A stretch of DNA of 53,375 bases from a virus (lineage: Duplodnaviria; Caudoviricetes), in the IMG/VR virus record IMGVR_UViG_3300048592_001369, positions 1-53,375 of that record; one strand, 5' to 3'. How positions within the stretch are numbered: the stretch's first letter is position 1; each line of letters begins with the position of its first letter. Made by a program: the position numbers and the translations under genes. Positions 52,686-53,375 of this stretch are shown here, piece after piece. The notes under the pieces were generated by a model. That model was not told the origin of the DNA and searched no databases. It saw nothing but the letters and a program-made list of their open reading frames with translations.

Positions 52686-53375
52686 CTAAGAACAGGTCAG
52701 AATCTGAGTCCTCCCAATCAATCTAGAGTTGCACATCCTCTTAATGTGTGACGCAGCCATCCGCTCGCTTACCTCGTAGCGATTCGCAATCTCCTCGAGG
52801 GAGGCGGTGCCCAAGTTGCGCATGGTGCGGATGGGCATCAGCACGCAGCCGGCGAACGTCCAGGCTTGCCATTCCGACTGCTCAAAGACCTGAATCTCGG
52901 ACTCAAATCTCCTCTGCAGCAAGTGGATCCTCCCGGGGTGCTCCAGTTGGCGACGAATTACCGGGACGTGGAGAAGGGCGTGACCAAGCTCGTGCGGCAG
53001 GGTTGCCCGATGGCGGAGCGCAGTTCGCCCGCCTTCAACCAGCTCGTCGAAGGCACTCTCGCGGATGCGTATCGTGATGCGGTCGCCTCGCTGCCCGTCT
53101 GGGTTGGTGACAGCCTCCGCGTCCGGTAACTCGTCGTCCGCGACTGGGTAGGTGTCGATGCCGAAGTTCTGAAGGATCTCCTCGAACACCTCAAGGACCG
53201 GAAACGGACGGGGCGAGAGGAGACACTCGGGAGAGACGTGTTCAAGGACCGCCTCTGCCAGTCGGCTGATCGCAGCAATCGAGAGCGGCGGCATTCGGAG
53301 GACGGGCTGATCCCCGGACCTACTCACGCGACGATCCTTCCAGAACGCGAAGGATCTTCTTGATCTCACGCGCAT
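52686..53375 (-). CDS. ImmA/IrrE family Zn metallopeptidase
   Basis: RHRATLPHELGHALLH (HExxH), EWQAWTFAGCVLMP, C-terminal HTH IANRYEVS. Confidence 0.9.
   Translation of the reverse strand: MRVRSRRSFAFWKDRRVSRSGDQPVLRMPPLSIAAISRLAEAVLEHVSPECLLSPRPFPVLEVFEEILQNFGIDTYPVADDELPDAEAVTNPDGQRGDRITIRIRESAFDELVEGGRTALRHRATLPHELGHALLHVPVIRRQLEHPGRIHLLQRRFESEIQVFEQSEWQAWTFAGCVLMPIRTMRNLGTASLEEIANRYEVSERMAASHIKRMCNSRLIGRTQILTCS

Larger units (their letters stand above)
1..53375. mobile_element. Temperate lambda-like siphovirus prophage (boundaries probably just outside the window)
   Basis: Canonical order: integrase, early genes, cI/cro, replication, terminase, portal, capsid, tail (H,M,L,K,I,J), lysis. 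Many ATGA/GTGA gene couplings. Confidence 0.95.

Noticed and set aside
52206-52686. attR, tRNA or ncRNA at the right end
   Set aside because: No repeat matching the left end and no cloverleaf recognised; only two hairpins.

Overview
GC-rich (roughly 70% by eye) window that is essentially one near-complete temperate, lambda-like long non-contractile-tailed prophage of a diderm host. The order is: tyrosine integrase and xis; a leftward early operon (HerA-like ATPase with tandem wHTH, NDT-like protein, DUF2303 pair, Gp3-like protein) interrupted by two antisense cargo modules (DUF433/PIN toxin-antitoxin, SLATT-like 2TM gene); a cI/cro switch with five readable operators; a replication initiator with iterons; a late regulator; cos/terminase; lambda-type head and tail genes (G/GT-type -1 frameshift, H-M-L-K-I-J); lysis genes; an ImmA/IrrE protease at the right edge. 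The most unusual part is 36.9-48.4 kb, downstream of J. There an E2/CAT-fold acyltransferase and a FabG-like SDR sit inside the tail operon, followed by three large Cys-rich proteins with N-terminal export signals; two are fibre/tailspike-like and share a 4-Cys N-terminal domain. A ~75-aa DxDGDG domain is also inserted in both the tail tube and J. All family assignments are by motif recognition without database searches. No rRNA, tRNA, CRISPR array or att core was identified.
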